Sequence record: DRR723986_5547
Direction: 5' to 3' (one strand)
Length of the DNA: 36,346 nucleotides
This document shows positions 18,357-27,711 of this stretch, in pieces. The position numbers were made by a program, and so were the translations under genes. The notes beneath the pieces were generated by a model, which was not told the DNA's origin, searched no databases, and worked only from the letters and a program-made list of their open reading frames with translations. How positions within the stretch are numbered: position 1 is the first letter of the stretch; every line of letters begins with the position of its first letter.

Positions 18357-19796
18357 CTAATCTGTCGGCTTGGATTCCTTAATCTTCTGAACCGCCTCGC
18401 GCTCTGGCCGTTCTTTATAGAAACTATCCAGCGGATAACAGCCACTGACCATACCGTTTCGTGGCGCGGTAGTGCAATCACTGAACGTCCTGCAAACCAG
18501 CTTTCGAACCGGTGCTCGACCAGCCATCGCTTCACGTGGCAGGGTAGGATGGGATAGCACCATTCTGCCAAGCCCAACGAAGTCGACCATGCCATCACGG
18601 ACGACAGCCTGTGCAACTTGAGGCAGATACTCTTGCAAGTAAGTGTATCCAGAGCCGACAATCGGCAGCTCGGGGAATGCCTTCTTCATTTCTGCACTGG
18701 CGCGAATCTGTCGAGCGACCCCGACGAGCGGGTCTTCGGGAGGGTAATAGCCGTCACTGGGCGGGAAGATCGCTGGTCGCTGAATGTGAGGATTGTAGTA
18801 TGGACTACCGCAGGTGAAGTTGAGCATATCGACTCCACAGTCAATCAACAGCTTCACCAGCTCGATAGGTTCACTGAGATCAAAGTCACTCCCCTCTAAC
18901 AAGTCGACGCCGAAGCCGTGCTCATAGGGTCCTTCCCACGGTGCAGGTTCACCGGTTGCTGCCCCTTTCTGATAAGGGAGCATGTCGAACAAACTCAGGC
19001 GAACGCCAATGATCAGACCGGGACACTCTTCCCGCACGCGAGCGATAGCAGTTCGGAGAACCCGGGAACGCCCTTGAAGATCTCCGCCGAACTTGCCAGG
19101 TCGAGTTCGCGCGCTGAGAAGTTCGTGCAGTAGATAACCGTGGCAAGCCTTGATATCAACGAAGTGAAATCCAAGCCGCTGCGCCATCTTGGAAGACTCA
19201 ACGTACAAGTCGATCAACTCTTCCAGTTCGTCGTCCGTAATCAACACAGAGTCATCGTCGGACGAAATCCCGAACTTGGGATCGAGAATCGGATGATGAT
19301 AGGCGATGCGAGGTTCCCAACGTTTGTGGTCATTGGGTTTGCAGAAACGGCCTGAATGGGTTAGTTGCAAACCAACGCAAAGGTCGTCAGTGGTGTCAAA
19401 CTTTGAGTGCTCCGACACCAACGAATCCAACAAGCTGCGCAGCCCGGCTTCGTTACTGGTCGTTCCCAACGTTTGATTGGGATTAGCTCGTCCGCGTGGT
19501 GTGACAGCCGCTGCTTCACCGCCCCATATCAACTTCGCTCCGCTTTCACCGAAACGTTGCCAACGCCGAATCGTCAGCTCGGTGGGGGAACCGTCACGAT
19601 TCGCGTCCCACCCTTCCATTGGATGAATGCACCAGCGATTGCCAATCGTCATCCCGCCGACATCAATAGGTGCCGAAACGGGCGAACCTTCTTCGGACGA
19701 TAGAATCCGTTCATCGCAGGGCAAGCCCCCCAGGCCTTCTCGCAAACGATCCACGCTGCGTAGCTGAGCAACTTTGGTGTACTTGGGTCGATCCAT
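18357..19796 (-). CDS. NADH:flavin oxidoreductase (Old Yellow Enzyme family)
   Basis: NR.CIHPMEG, GAKLIWGGEA, LQLTHSGR, DIKACHGYLL, GG....RSR and DFVGLGR. Confidence 0.9.
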   Translation of the reverse strand: MDRPKYTKVAQLRSVDRLREGLGGLPCDERILSSEEGSPVSAPIDVGGMTIGNRWCIHPMEGWDANRDGSPTELTIRRWQRFGESGAKLIWGGEAAAVTPRGRANPNQTLGTTSNEAGLRSLLDSLVSEHSKFDTTDDLCVGLQLTHSGRFCKPNDHKRWEPRIAYHHPILDPKFGISSDDDSVLITDDELEELIDLYVESSKMAQRLGFHFVDIKACHGYLLHELLSARTRPGKFGGDLQGRSRVLRTAIARVREECPGLIIGVRLSLFDMLPYQKGAATGEPAPWEGPYEHGFGVDLLEGSDFDLSEPIELVKLLIDCGVDMLNFTCGSPYYNPHIQRPAIFPPSDGYYPPEDPLVGVARQIRASAEMKKAFPELPIVGSGYTYLQEYLPQVAQAVVRDGMVDFVGLGRMVLSHPTLPREAMAGRAPVRKLVCRTFSDCTTAPRNGMVSGCYPLDSFYKERPEREAVQKIKESKPTD

Positions 19797-19863
19797 ATCA
19801 GTGGTTACTTTGTTTCATTACTTTATTGATCGCAGCCCTGCATCGGTGCAGAACCAGGTTTTA

Positions 19864-22272
19864 TTATTCAACGGTCAACTTGACGTGCGAAAGACGAAAA
19901 GTCCGAACACTGGAATCCATCTCAAAGCCAATCGTCGCCGACTTTTTCTTACCAGTCCCACTGATCGAGAGCACCGTACCTTGCCCAAAGTGTGGATGAC
20001 GGACTGTACAACCTTCACTGACATCCGACCATTGGTCGTCAGCTTCAGGAACGTCGTCAACCATCTCACTGGCGAGCCGGATGCCCGCCGCGGCAGCAGC
20101 CCCGGATAGTTTCCGCTTCCGCAACCGCGCTGCCATTTCCTCGGGCGGGAGCTGACAATCGTCATCAAAATCGACGAACACTTCATCGTCGGAGTCCACT
20201 TGCGACATCTCCGAATCCCAGTCGACGTTGCTACTGGACAGATTGGGGTCGTAGGGTGCATCTCCGTCGCCGGAAGCCGGAAAGCCGCCGTCAAACCCAC
20301 CTGCAAACTCGGTCCGATCGATGAATTCCATCTCCGAACGCGGCAGCTCTAGCAAGAATGAGCTTGGAACACCGCTACCGGAGCCGGAAAAACCGCGACT
20401 CTTGGCATAGCTTAGTTGCAACTGATCCTGAGCACGAGTGATTCCGACAAACAAGAGACGCCGTTCTTCCTCAAGCTGCAGCGGGTCATCCTTGCTCCTC
20501 GAGTGCGGCAAGATGTTCTCTTCGACAGCGATCAAGTAAACGTGCTTGAACTCGAGCCCTTTGGCGGCATGGAGAGTCATCAACGTTACGCTGTTGGCGG
20601 CGCTCTCCAGTTTGTCTGTGGCGGCCTCCAAAGCAGCAAACTCCAAGAACGCCTCGAGCGGAGATTGCCCCGGAGGTGTTTCTGAGTCGATCTCCGACGC
20701 TTCGGCCAACAGCTCGTCTAAGTTGGCTTCGACATCGTTGCCACCCGTGTTCTTCTCTGCTTGTGTGGCCAGGTATGCTCGGTAGCCCGTAAGCTCCACG
20801 GTGGACTCAAGCAAATCGAGAAGAGGTCCGTGCACAATACTGCAAAGCTGATCGTAGATCTTCAAAAATTGGCCAATGGCCTTTGCAGCTCGCTTGGATA
20901 TGATGGCAAACTGCACGCACTGGCGGCAAGCCTCCAACATGGACAAGCCGTTCTTCGTTGCGTATCGCCCGACGTCTTCCAGCGATTTCTTGCCAACACC
21001 ACGCGCGGGCGTGTTGATGCACCGGGAGAGGGCAATATCATCATCGGGGTTGTGGATCAGCAGCAAATAGGAAACCAAATCCTTGATTTCCTTTCGCATA
21101 TAGAAACGAAATCCGCCGATTAACTGGTACGGAATCTGTCGCCGCAACAACGCCTGCTCAACAAGTCGCGACTGAGAGTTGGTGCGGTACAGGACACCGA
21201 AGTCGCGTGGCTCTAGATCCCCTTCGGCCATGTGAGCCTGGATTTGATCGGCAAGATCTTCTGCTTCCATTCGGGCAGTCGGGTAAACTGCCAAGCGCAC
21301 CGAATTACCGCTTGGTCGAGCCGCAATGAGCGATTTCTGTTTGCGGTACTCATTGTTTTGAATGAGGTGATCCGCGGCGGCCAGGATCTCAGGTGTGCTT
21401 CGGTAGTTGTCCTCCAGCCGAATCACTCGCAGGTCACTATAGTCTCTTTCCAGGTTCGAAACGTTCTTTACATTTGCTCCTCGCCAACCATAGATCGACT
21501 GGTCAGGATCACCCGTTGCGGCCAGGTTCGGGTTGTCGACGTTCAAGTGCCGAACAATGACATACTGCGCAAGGTTGGTATCCTGGTACTCGTCGACCAT
21601 ACAGTATCGAAAACGAGCATCAAGCTGCGCACGCAACTCAGGATTACTGCGCAGCAAGGTTGCGACATGCAGAAGGATATCATCGAAATCGACCGCACCA
21701 CAACGCAGCAACTCCTGCTGGTAGTGCGGGTAGACTTGCCCAACCTGATACTCTTCACTGGAAAGAGCTTCACTCTCCAGAATCTCAGGTGTAATTAGAC
21801 GATTCTTGAAGAAACTAATACGTGTCGCCAAAGCTCCTAGGGGTACATGCGTCAACTCAAAATTAGATTTTGCGACCGCGGCCTTCAGACATGCGGCTGC
21901 GTCGTCAACGTCATAGATGCTGAAGTTTTCCGGCAGACCAACAAGCGATGCGTACCGCCGGAGTAAGCGAACGCAGAATCCATGAAACGTCCCGAGCCAA
22001 ACGTCTGACGGCCCCACCAAACGATCCAAACGCTGCCGCATTTCACCTGCGGCCTTGTTCGTAAACGTCAGTGCGATGATTTCCCCAGGCCGAACACCCT
22101 GGGCAATCATGTGAGCAATTCGATAGGTGATGACTCGCGTCTTGCCACTGCCGGGTCCGGCGAGCACCAACAAGGGACCATCGATATGACGAACCGCCTC
22201 GCGCTGCGACTGGTTCAGCTCAGCCAGGTAGTCTTCCGAACTGTAGTCTCCCGAACAATCCATTGAAACCAA
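19864..22272 (-). CDS. pcrA: UvrD/PcrA superfamily 1A DNA helicase
   Basis: LN.SQ, AGPGSGKT, TFTNKAA, DEYQDTN, GDPDQSIYGWRGA, NYRS, LYRTN.Q, TLHAAKGLEF, EERRLLFVGITRA and C-terminal Tudor (V.HP.FG.G). Start is TTG 22272 or ATG 22263. Confidence 0.95.
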   Translation of the reverse strand: MVSMDCSGDYSSEDYLAELNQSQREAVRHIDGPLLVLAGPGSGKTRVITYRIAHMIAQGVRPGEIIALTFTNKAAGEMRQRLDRLVGPSDVWLGTFHGFCVRLLRRYASLVGLPENFSIYDVDDAAACLKAAVAKSNFELTHVPLGALATRISFFKNRLITPEILESEALSSEEYQVGQVYPHYQQELLRCGAVDFDDILLHVATLLRSNPELRAQLDARFRYCMVDEYQDTNLAQYVIVRHLNVDNPNLAATGDPDQSIYGWRGANVKNVSNLERDYSDLRVIRLEDNYRSTPEILAAADHLIQNNEYRKQKSLIAARPSGNSVRLAVYPTARMEAEDLADQIQAHMAEGDLEPRDFGVLYRTNSQSRLVEQALLRRQIPYQLIGGFRFYMRKEIKDLVSYLLLIHNPDDDIALSRCINTPARGVGKKSLEDVGRYATKNGLSMLEACRQCVQFAIISKRAAKAIGQFLKIYDQLCSIVHGPLLDLLESTVELTGYRAYLATQAEKNTGGNDVEANLDELLAEASEIDSETPPGQSPLEAFLEFAALEAATDKLESAANSVTLMTLHAAKGLEFKHVYLIAVEENILPHSRSKDDPLQLEEERRLLFVGITRAQDQLQLSYAKSRGFSGSGSGVPSSFLLELPRSEMEFIDRTEFAGGFDGGFPASGDGDAPYDPNLSSSNVDWDSEMSQVDSDDEVFVDFDDDCQLPPEEMAARLRKRKLSGAAAAAGIRLASEMVDDVPEADDQWSDVSEGCTVRHPHFGQGTVLSISGTGKKKSATIGFEMDSSVRTFRLSHVKLTVE

Positions 22273-22380
22273 GCAAACCTTCCAACTAAATCGTGCAACA
22301 TGCGGGCAGTAAAACCAAGCGGCAAACCAACGGTCCGCTGTCTCGCCTAAATGCTAGCATCATACGAAGCGACAAAATGT

Positions 22381-22409
22381 TTGGCGAAACGCGGATGTAC
22401 CGTTATACT
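22381..22409 (+). promoter_or_regulatory. Putative sigma70-type promoter of the alpha-CTD gene
   Basis: TTGGCG (22381-22386), 17 nt, TATACT (22404-22409); RBS GGAGG at 22474-22478. Confidence 0.6.
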
Positions 22410-22481
22410 CCGGATTCAGTTCACTGACGAACCCGCTTCGGGGTGTTCTCAACACCCATTTTGGCCTAACCATGGAGGGAA

Positions 22482-22745
22482 ATGATGGCCCGTACACGGA
22501 TTCCAATCAGCCGCGAAGAAGAGCAAGCTCGAATTCTACGTGAGCAGTTAGATCTCAGCACAGCCGAGATTGGCCTGACAGTTCGAACCACAAATTGCCT
22601 GGAAGAGAAGGGAATTTTCACTGTTCGCGACTTGCTTCGCAGCACGCCCAAAGACCTGCTAAGTATCTCCAATTTTGGCGAAAAGACGCTTGATGAGGTC
22701 TATGGTTCGCTGGCAAAAATCGGCTATCACCGGCAGCCCAAGTAG
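22482..22745 (+). CDS. Stand-alone RNA polymerase alpha subunit C-terminal-domain protein
   Basis: IGLTVRTTNCL...GI.TV.DLL......LL.I.NFGEKTL.EV aligns to the RpoA CTD (LELTVRSANCL...NLGKKSL.EI); no alpha-NTD; start is ATG 22482 or 22485. Confidence 0.9.
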   Translation: MMARTRIPISREEEQARILREQLDLSTAEIGLTVRTTNCLEEKGIFTVRDLLRSTPKDLLSISNFGEKTLDEVYGSLAKIGYHRQPK

Positions 22746-22772
22746 CATCTAAAGATTGCCCGCACATCAATC

Positions 22773-22831
22773 GATGCGATGGACAGTGACGGCTTGCAGT
22801 CGTCGCTGTCTCCACTCGCAGCGCATCTTTT
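22773..22831 (+). terminator. Stem-loop between the convergent alpha-CTD and TPR genes; likely terminator or 3' stabilising hairpin
   Basis: 12-bp stem GACAGTGACGGC/GTCGTCGCTGTC (22782-22810, two G-U pairs) inside GATGCG/CGCATC, followed by TTTT. Confidence 0.55.
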
Positions 22832-22912
22832 CAGCGGACTTGCTGCTTGCGATTCTTGTTTTCGCAGTCTTGTAATGTTGCACGTCTGGCACTTTGACGA
22901 AGCACCGGCAAG

Positions 22913-25780
22913 CTACTTTGATTGAGATCGCGCGGCGCGAAATCGCACGACGTTGCTGCGATAATGCGACTCACGCGGATCCAGGTGCACGCATTGCCGA
23001 GCGGACTCCATGGCCGCGTCGGCGTCTCCGCGAAGAAACTGAACCTCAGCAAGTGTGTCGAGATACGTTGCTGAACCTGGAGCAAGCCGTGTCGCTTTCT
23101 CAGCCAGCCCCTCGGCCTCTTCGAACTTGCGACCACACTTGGCATACATCCAAGCTAGATTGTTCAACGCAAACGCATTGTCTGGCCATTCTTGAAGGAC
23201 ACTCAACATCGCTTGGTCAATCGTGTCAAACACTCGATCAGCCACTTCAGGGCGCTGGCTAGCCAACAGCGGAACCGTCTGGACGGCGATTTCGATATGC
23301 CGCGGGTCTGCCTTGAGCGCTACGTCTATTTCGCGAATCGCTGCATCCAGCTCACTGCGTTTTATGAGTGCTACGGCGCGTTCGAGCCGCTCTTGAACGA
23401 CAGTGCTTTTCAGACTTGCAAAGTAAATAGAAGTCATCGTTGGCGACGAGAAAATTTGATTGATATCGCTCGAACCGTACAGCAATTCAACCAGACACGC
23501 CCGTCGCGCATCGGAACTCCGATCAAACTGCTTCAGCTCCTCAAGTGATCGAGCGAGCAAGTCAGCCGCGAAGAAGGCCTGCAGTCGGTACGGTGCCGAC
23601 AGCAAGAACGCCACTTGGCCGTACTCTGCACAGTCCTGGAACTTGTCCCGATCAAACAACTTCCTGGCAACCTGGGTGAAGTAAGCGCTGGGATCAAAGC
23701 TGCCACCGCTCAGATCCTTGACCAGCAGAGGCAATAGCATGCGGCGGCGGCGCAGGGATTGAGCGTCATCGAAACGCCCCGCTCTTAGAAGCAGGTCGAT
23801 CTCATCGCCGACATAGTCAAACCGGCCGCTGCTCCGCAACCGCGAGTAGCCGGCAATCGCCTCATCCAATCGCCCCCGCGTTGCAAAAATCTCCGCTGCC
23901 TCAGCTTGCGGTTGACCAACTACACTCCTTCCAGCAAGCTCGACGGCCAAGTCAGCCATGCCGTACCCTTTTGCCAACAGGGATAACTGCGCTGCAGCTT
24001 CGTCTCCCTGGCCGCCCTCCACGGCAAAGCTGCGGCGCAACCACGCCTCAACGTCAACATCGAGGCTGCGGTCAAGGCGGTAGAGTTGCTCTAACTGCGT
24101 CCACGCCTGCTCAGTCGGCGGGTCTTTCGGCCTTACAGACAACTCCGACGTCTCAAGGAGCACGAGCGCACAATTTGAGATTGCAGGAAAAAGGTACTCC
24201 ACTGCCGTCTGACGAACAGCCGGTTTCATCCGAACAAAGTCTCGCCGCACGATCTCTAGAAGCATCTGCCTGCTACGATCGGCAAATGCAAGTCGCCTGC
24301 AGAGCGACTGCCACAGGTAATTTTCAACCGCGTTTCGCTGGCTCCGACCGTAGGACTGGGTCTTGATGGAGATCACGCCGGCAATTGTCTCGAGAAGCTT
24401 TTTAGCTTTTGCATTTTCGCCCACCTGGCTCAACAGGCTGCACATGCGGAGAGAAATCTGGAACTGCGTGTCCTCCCCGGGACGCAACTCTTTGGCAAGC
24501 TTCTTCAGCGTCTCTTCCAACCAGGAGTCAAAGTTGGCCAAGTCGGGCTCAAGTCCAGCGACTTCAAACGCTCGGCCGTACTCGCCCAACGACGCGAGCA
24601 CTGCAATGGCTTCAAGCTCACTACCCGCCTCGTCGACGGCTGACTCCAAGTACTCAGCGATCGCCCCAGTTTCGCCCAAGCAAAGGAGGGCCAGTTGAGC
24701 GATCGGTCGCGCCGAGCCAGCCCTGCCAAGCATCTCCGATGCAGGGCTACGACTACCGCCCTGCCCTGCCCCTTCCGAATCGTCAACTTTAGCCGAAGTA
24801 GACTCCAACAGGCTCTCCCAAGCAGCTTGACTGCTGGAGTAGTCACCTGCAAAATTCAACAAAACACACCGCACCAACTTGGCAACTTGTGGAGAGGCAA
24901 TCGTTGGTGCAATCTCAGCATGCAAGCCTGGTTCAGCAAGCGCTTGCCAGTAGCCCGCCCGCACAACCCAAGGCAGTTTTTCACGCCAGGGCTCAGGCGA
25001 ATCCACCAACCGCTGGAAGTCACCGGAAAAGAATGCCCGATGCGATTCCGGGGCATCATCTTGAAATTCCTGACTCAATTGCACGCCACTGAGACGGGCC
25101 AATGCGTAGACTTCCGCGCTCGGCAACAGCAGCTCGACAACCGGCCAAGCTTCTTGGATGTCTTTCGCACTGAACGCAATACGCAGTAATCGTCGCAGAT
25201 CGCTACTACCCGATCGTCCGGTCAGTCGCTGCCGGAGCGAATCATCACCGCGCAAGATCTTAGAAGCCAACTCCCACTGCCCACGGGCACACAACTCGCC
25301 AATTATCTCGGCGGTGGGCCGAGCAAGGAACTGCGCCACAGATTTGGTTGCACCGGCGTCTCCGGGTTCAACCTTCAGTTTGATAAGGGCTTCTAACAAC
25401 CGAAGAGTTTGCTCAAGCTGTTGATCTGCCGTTTGAGCTGCTCTTTCAATCGCGGCAATGTGCAAGCTGCCATCTTTCCAAAGCCTCAAGAATGCGGCGC
25501 GTCGTTCGGTGTACCGCGAACTCGACAGAGCACGTATTTGCTCCTGAACCTGCTGCGTTCGGAGAGAAGACTGCTGCTCCGCTGTTGGCTCCTGCTCCGC
25601 TGCATTCGCAGCGGGCGCGAGAAAGGCACCGATGTTGATGCAAAAGAAAATTGCCAGGACGCAAGGAACCGACGGTCGAAAATGGGATGCCCGCGCCAGC
25701 GGCAAGCACTGGCTACTTGTGTTCGCGACCCCCATAAATGGCTCCCAGAATTGCTCTCGTGCGATCTTCACCGCTTTCAC
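22913..25780 (-). CDS. Exported tetratricopeptide/helical-repeat protein
   Basis: Signal-like hydrophobic stretch ending ANA-A; HEAT-like start; C-terminal TPRs (ALNNLAWMYA, YLDTLAEVQF..GD...A). The true start may be ATG 25735. Confidence 0.75.
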   Translation of the reverse strand: MKAVKIAREQFWEPFMGVANTSSQCLPLARASHFRPSVPCVLAIFFCINIGAFLAPAANAAEQEPTAEQQSSLRTQQVQEQIRALSSSRYTERRAAFLRLWKDGSLHIAAIERAAQTADQQLEQTLRLLEALIKLKVEPGDAGATKSVAQFLARPTAEIIGELCARGQWELASKILRGDDSLRQRLTGRSGSSDLRRLLRIAFSAKDIQEAWPVVELLLPSAEVYALARLSGVQLSQEFQDDAPESHRAFFSGDFQRLVDSPEPWREKLPWVVRAGYWQALAEPGLHAEIAPTIASPQVAKLVRCVLLNFAGDYSSSQAAWESLLESTSAKVDDSEGAGQGGSRSPASEMLGRAGSARPIAQLALLCLGETGAIAEYLESAVDEAGSELEAIAVLASLGEYGRAFEVAGLEPDLANFDSWLEETLKKLAKELRPGEDTQFQISLRMCSLLSQVGENAKAKKLLETIAGVISIKTQSYGRSQRNAVENYLWQSLCRRLAFADRSRQMLLEIVRRDFVRMKPAVRQTAVEYLFPAISNCALVLLETSELSVRPKDPPTEQAWTQLEQLYRLDRSLDVDVEAWLRRSFAVEGGQGDEAAAQLSLLAKGYGMADLAVELAGRSVVGQPQAEAAEIFATRGRLDEAIAGYSRLRSSGRFDYVGDEIDLLLRAGRFDDAQSLRRRRMLLPLLVKDLSGGSFDPSAYFTQVARKLFDRDKFQDCAEYGQVAFLLSAPYRLQAFFAADLLARSLEELKQFDRSSDARRACLVELLYGSSDINQIFSSPTMTSIYFASLKSTVVQERLERAVALIKRSELDAAIREIDVALKADPRHIEIAVQTVPLLASQRPEVADRVFDTIDQAMLSVLQEWPDNAFALNNLAWMYAKCGRKFEEAEGLAEKATRLAPGSATYLDTLAEVQFLRGDADAAMESARQCVHLDPRESHYRSNVVRFRAARSQSK

Positions 25781-25866
25781 AGAACAAGTGGGAGATCGTG
25801 CACTGCGACTACAGAAATCCCAGTGTCTCCATCAGAGCTTGCTCGCGGCCACTCTATTCTACACGA

Positions 25867-25898
25867 AGCGGCCACCCAACCGAGCGGCCAGCCAACCA
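25867..25898. repeat. 16-bp tandem duplication
   Basis: AGCGGCCACCCAACCG / AGCGGCCAGCCAACCA; a third partial GCGGCCAC at 25845. Confidence 0.7.
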
Positions 25899-26001
25899 AA
25901 CAACTCGGGCGGACGAAATCCTGGGCAAAGAAGAGTTTCAAGGCCGATCGACGGTGAACAAGAATCAACCGCGACAGCGCGCCGGTGCCAAGTGCGGCCC
26001 C

Positions 26002-26577
26002 TTAGTCGGCCCGAACTTCTGAGGTAGCAAGTTTGTTAGTCGCCGTGGTTGGCGTAAGGCTAAGCAAGAATGAGTAGCCACCAAACATGAGTGCCGAGTA
26101 GAACAGATCGCCAAGAATCTGGTTACGGTAGAACGGTATCGCTCGCACATAACAAGTAACCAGGCCGCCAAGCGTTTGTGGATACTCCATCGCGGGATCC
26201 AACCAAGAGGCAAAGTTGGTAGTCAGGAAGAAAAGGGCCGACGCGGCCAAAGCGGCTACTGGAACGGACAGGAAGCTAACGCGGCCACGCAAACCGCGCC
26301 CGACCAGTGCCGACGCAGCAAATGCCAGGTAGACCGTAGCCATCGTCAGCGAATTGTAAAAATGCACTCCCGGAACGTTGAAATAGTTCCCGATTGCGTC
26401 GCTGAAGGCCATCGCTCCGATAGCGAGGACAATCCCCGCAACTCCGGAAATGTAGCAGCCAGCGAACAATGCCATCGCTGTGACAGGAGCAAAACCATAA
26501 GGGTGCGGCAGGAACCGAAGCACAATGGCCAGTACAAAGAACACGAGTGCTAAGACGCGAGGATCGATTCGCTTCAT
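26002..26577 (-). CDS. DUF6580-family putative transport membrane protein (ECF S-component-like)
   Basis: About 190 aa with 5-6 hydrophobic segments; R.LPH...F.P..AMALF.G, FF..TNF..W...YP.T..GL..CY..AIPF....GDLFY; start moved to ATG 26577. Confidence 0.8.
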   Translation of the reverse strand: MKRIDPRVLALVFFVLAIVLRFLPHPYGFAPVTAMALFAGCYISGVAGIVLAIGAMAFSDAIGNYFNVPGVHFYNSLTMATVYLAFAASALVGRGLRGRVSFLSVPVAALAASALFFLTTNFASWLDPAMEYPQTLGGLVTCYVRAIPFYRNQILGDLFYSALMFGGYSFLLSLTPTTATNKLATSEVRAD

Positions 26578-26979
26578 TTTCAACAACCTAAGGGCTATTC
26601 TCTGGCCGGGCTGGATCAATCAGTTTGGTTTCGGAGTCGCAGCGGCAACATCCTTATGCGACAAGGCTCGAACCGCTGATGATCCAAGACCTATCGCAAA
26701 CAACGCTCGCACTTCCAGATAACACCGCGAACGCTGCAGCAGAACAGACTATCGCCCAAAGGCAACCGCTTCAAGTCATAACCGAGGCAAACCGCTTGTT
26801 GCTAGGCAGTTTGTTCCTCGCCTTATCCCTCGCCCAGCCCCGCCGACGAGAGCTTCCTCACAGGCCACTACGCTGCCGACCACTGCTAGCCATCCGGCGA
26901 CTGCCAGGCAAGCGAGTAAACCTCGCAAGCACGCCTCATTGGCAACTCGCGATGCTAGACGTACTGATTTCCAGCAGCT

Positions 26980-27711
26980 TTAAAGGGGCATTCCCCAGAA
27001 AAAGCCGGTCGCGGCGGCCCCTTGAGCGGCAGCAGCTCGAGCATCCCAAGGCAACTGATCGCGAAGAACTGGGGCACAGGTACCAGGACGGTAGTGGCCC
27101 AAGGAGTACTTGCAATCCAGCGGTCGCTGCAACGTTGCCATGTAAGGCAAGAGGATGATTTCCGAGAAAAACTTGGAACCGGACGCCACCGGCTGCAAGC
27201 ACCCCCACCGCTGTTGCCCATGCCGCTCAAGCATTGCGTCTTCGAAATACAGCGGATAGTGCTGGACGAGCGAAGGAGCCCAGTGGACACACTGATAACT
27301 CGCACCGCGGGTAGCACCATCAGGCAAACCGACGACTTCGCGAGACAGACCGACATCATCTGGCGTTAGACCAGTACCTAAGCCCTCTAAAGAGGTGTCT
27401 GCTGCGGCTACTTCAGATCTAAATTCATTCTCGGGCAGTGGCCGAAGCTTGCCCTCTTGGCCATCCTGAATCAGCCGCTTGGGTTCTCCGGTAAGCGCCG
27501 ACAGTGCCATCGAACGCGTGCTTGAAGAAGCCATTAGAGCTGCGACTGGCTTGGCGGTGTCGTGCACGAGCGGCTGACGTTTCACAGCGCCGTGCCTTGA
27601 ACCACCCTCGGTCGCGGAAGTCTGGACGGCCTGCGCAAAAGCGGCTGAAGATTGAAAAGCGGCGAAAACCGCCAGGACCGCGGATCCCCATGCGCTTGGT
27701 CGTTTCAACAT
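26980..27711 (-). CDS. Exported planctomycete-type hypothetical protein
   Basis: Signal peptide ending AFA-Q; C-terminal block HYPLYFED..LERHG....QP..S...F......PY...Y.LG.YRPG.CAP; ATG 27711 has a GAGGAG RBS. Confidence 0.75.
   Translation of the reverse strand: MLKRPSAWGSAVLAVFAAFQSSAAFAQAVQTSATEGGSRHGAVKRQPLVHDTAKPVAALMASSSTRSMALSALTGEPKRLIQDGQEGKLRPLPENEFRSEVAAADTSLEGLGTGLTPDDVGLSREVVGLPDGATRGASYQCVHWAPSLVQHYPLYFEDAMLERHGQQRWGCLQPVASGSKFFSEIILLPYMATLQRPLDCKYSLGHYRPGTCAPVLRDQLPWDARAAAAQGAAATGFFWGMPL

Noticed and set aside
22482-22745. rpoA pseudogene remnant
   Set aside because: The ORF is intact with its own promoter, RBS and 3' hairpin, there is no alpha-NTD remnant upstream, and it is not in the rpsM-rpsK-rpoA-rplQ context.
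26578-26979. Canonical cobalamin riboswitch upstream of DUF6580
   Set aside because: No B12-box (AGYCAGRAGACCTGCC-like) or GGGAA/ACTGT core on the minus strand; kept only as an unexplained structured region.
26625-27158. 177-aa + strand ORF across the DUF6580 leader
   Set aside because: No RBS or recognisable motif, atypical composition, and it overlaps the minus-strand gene antisense.
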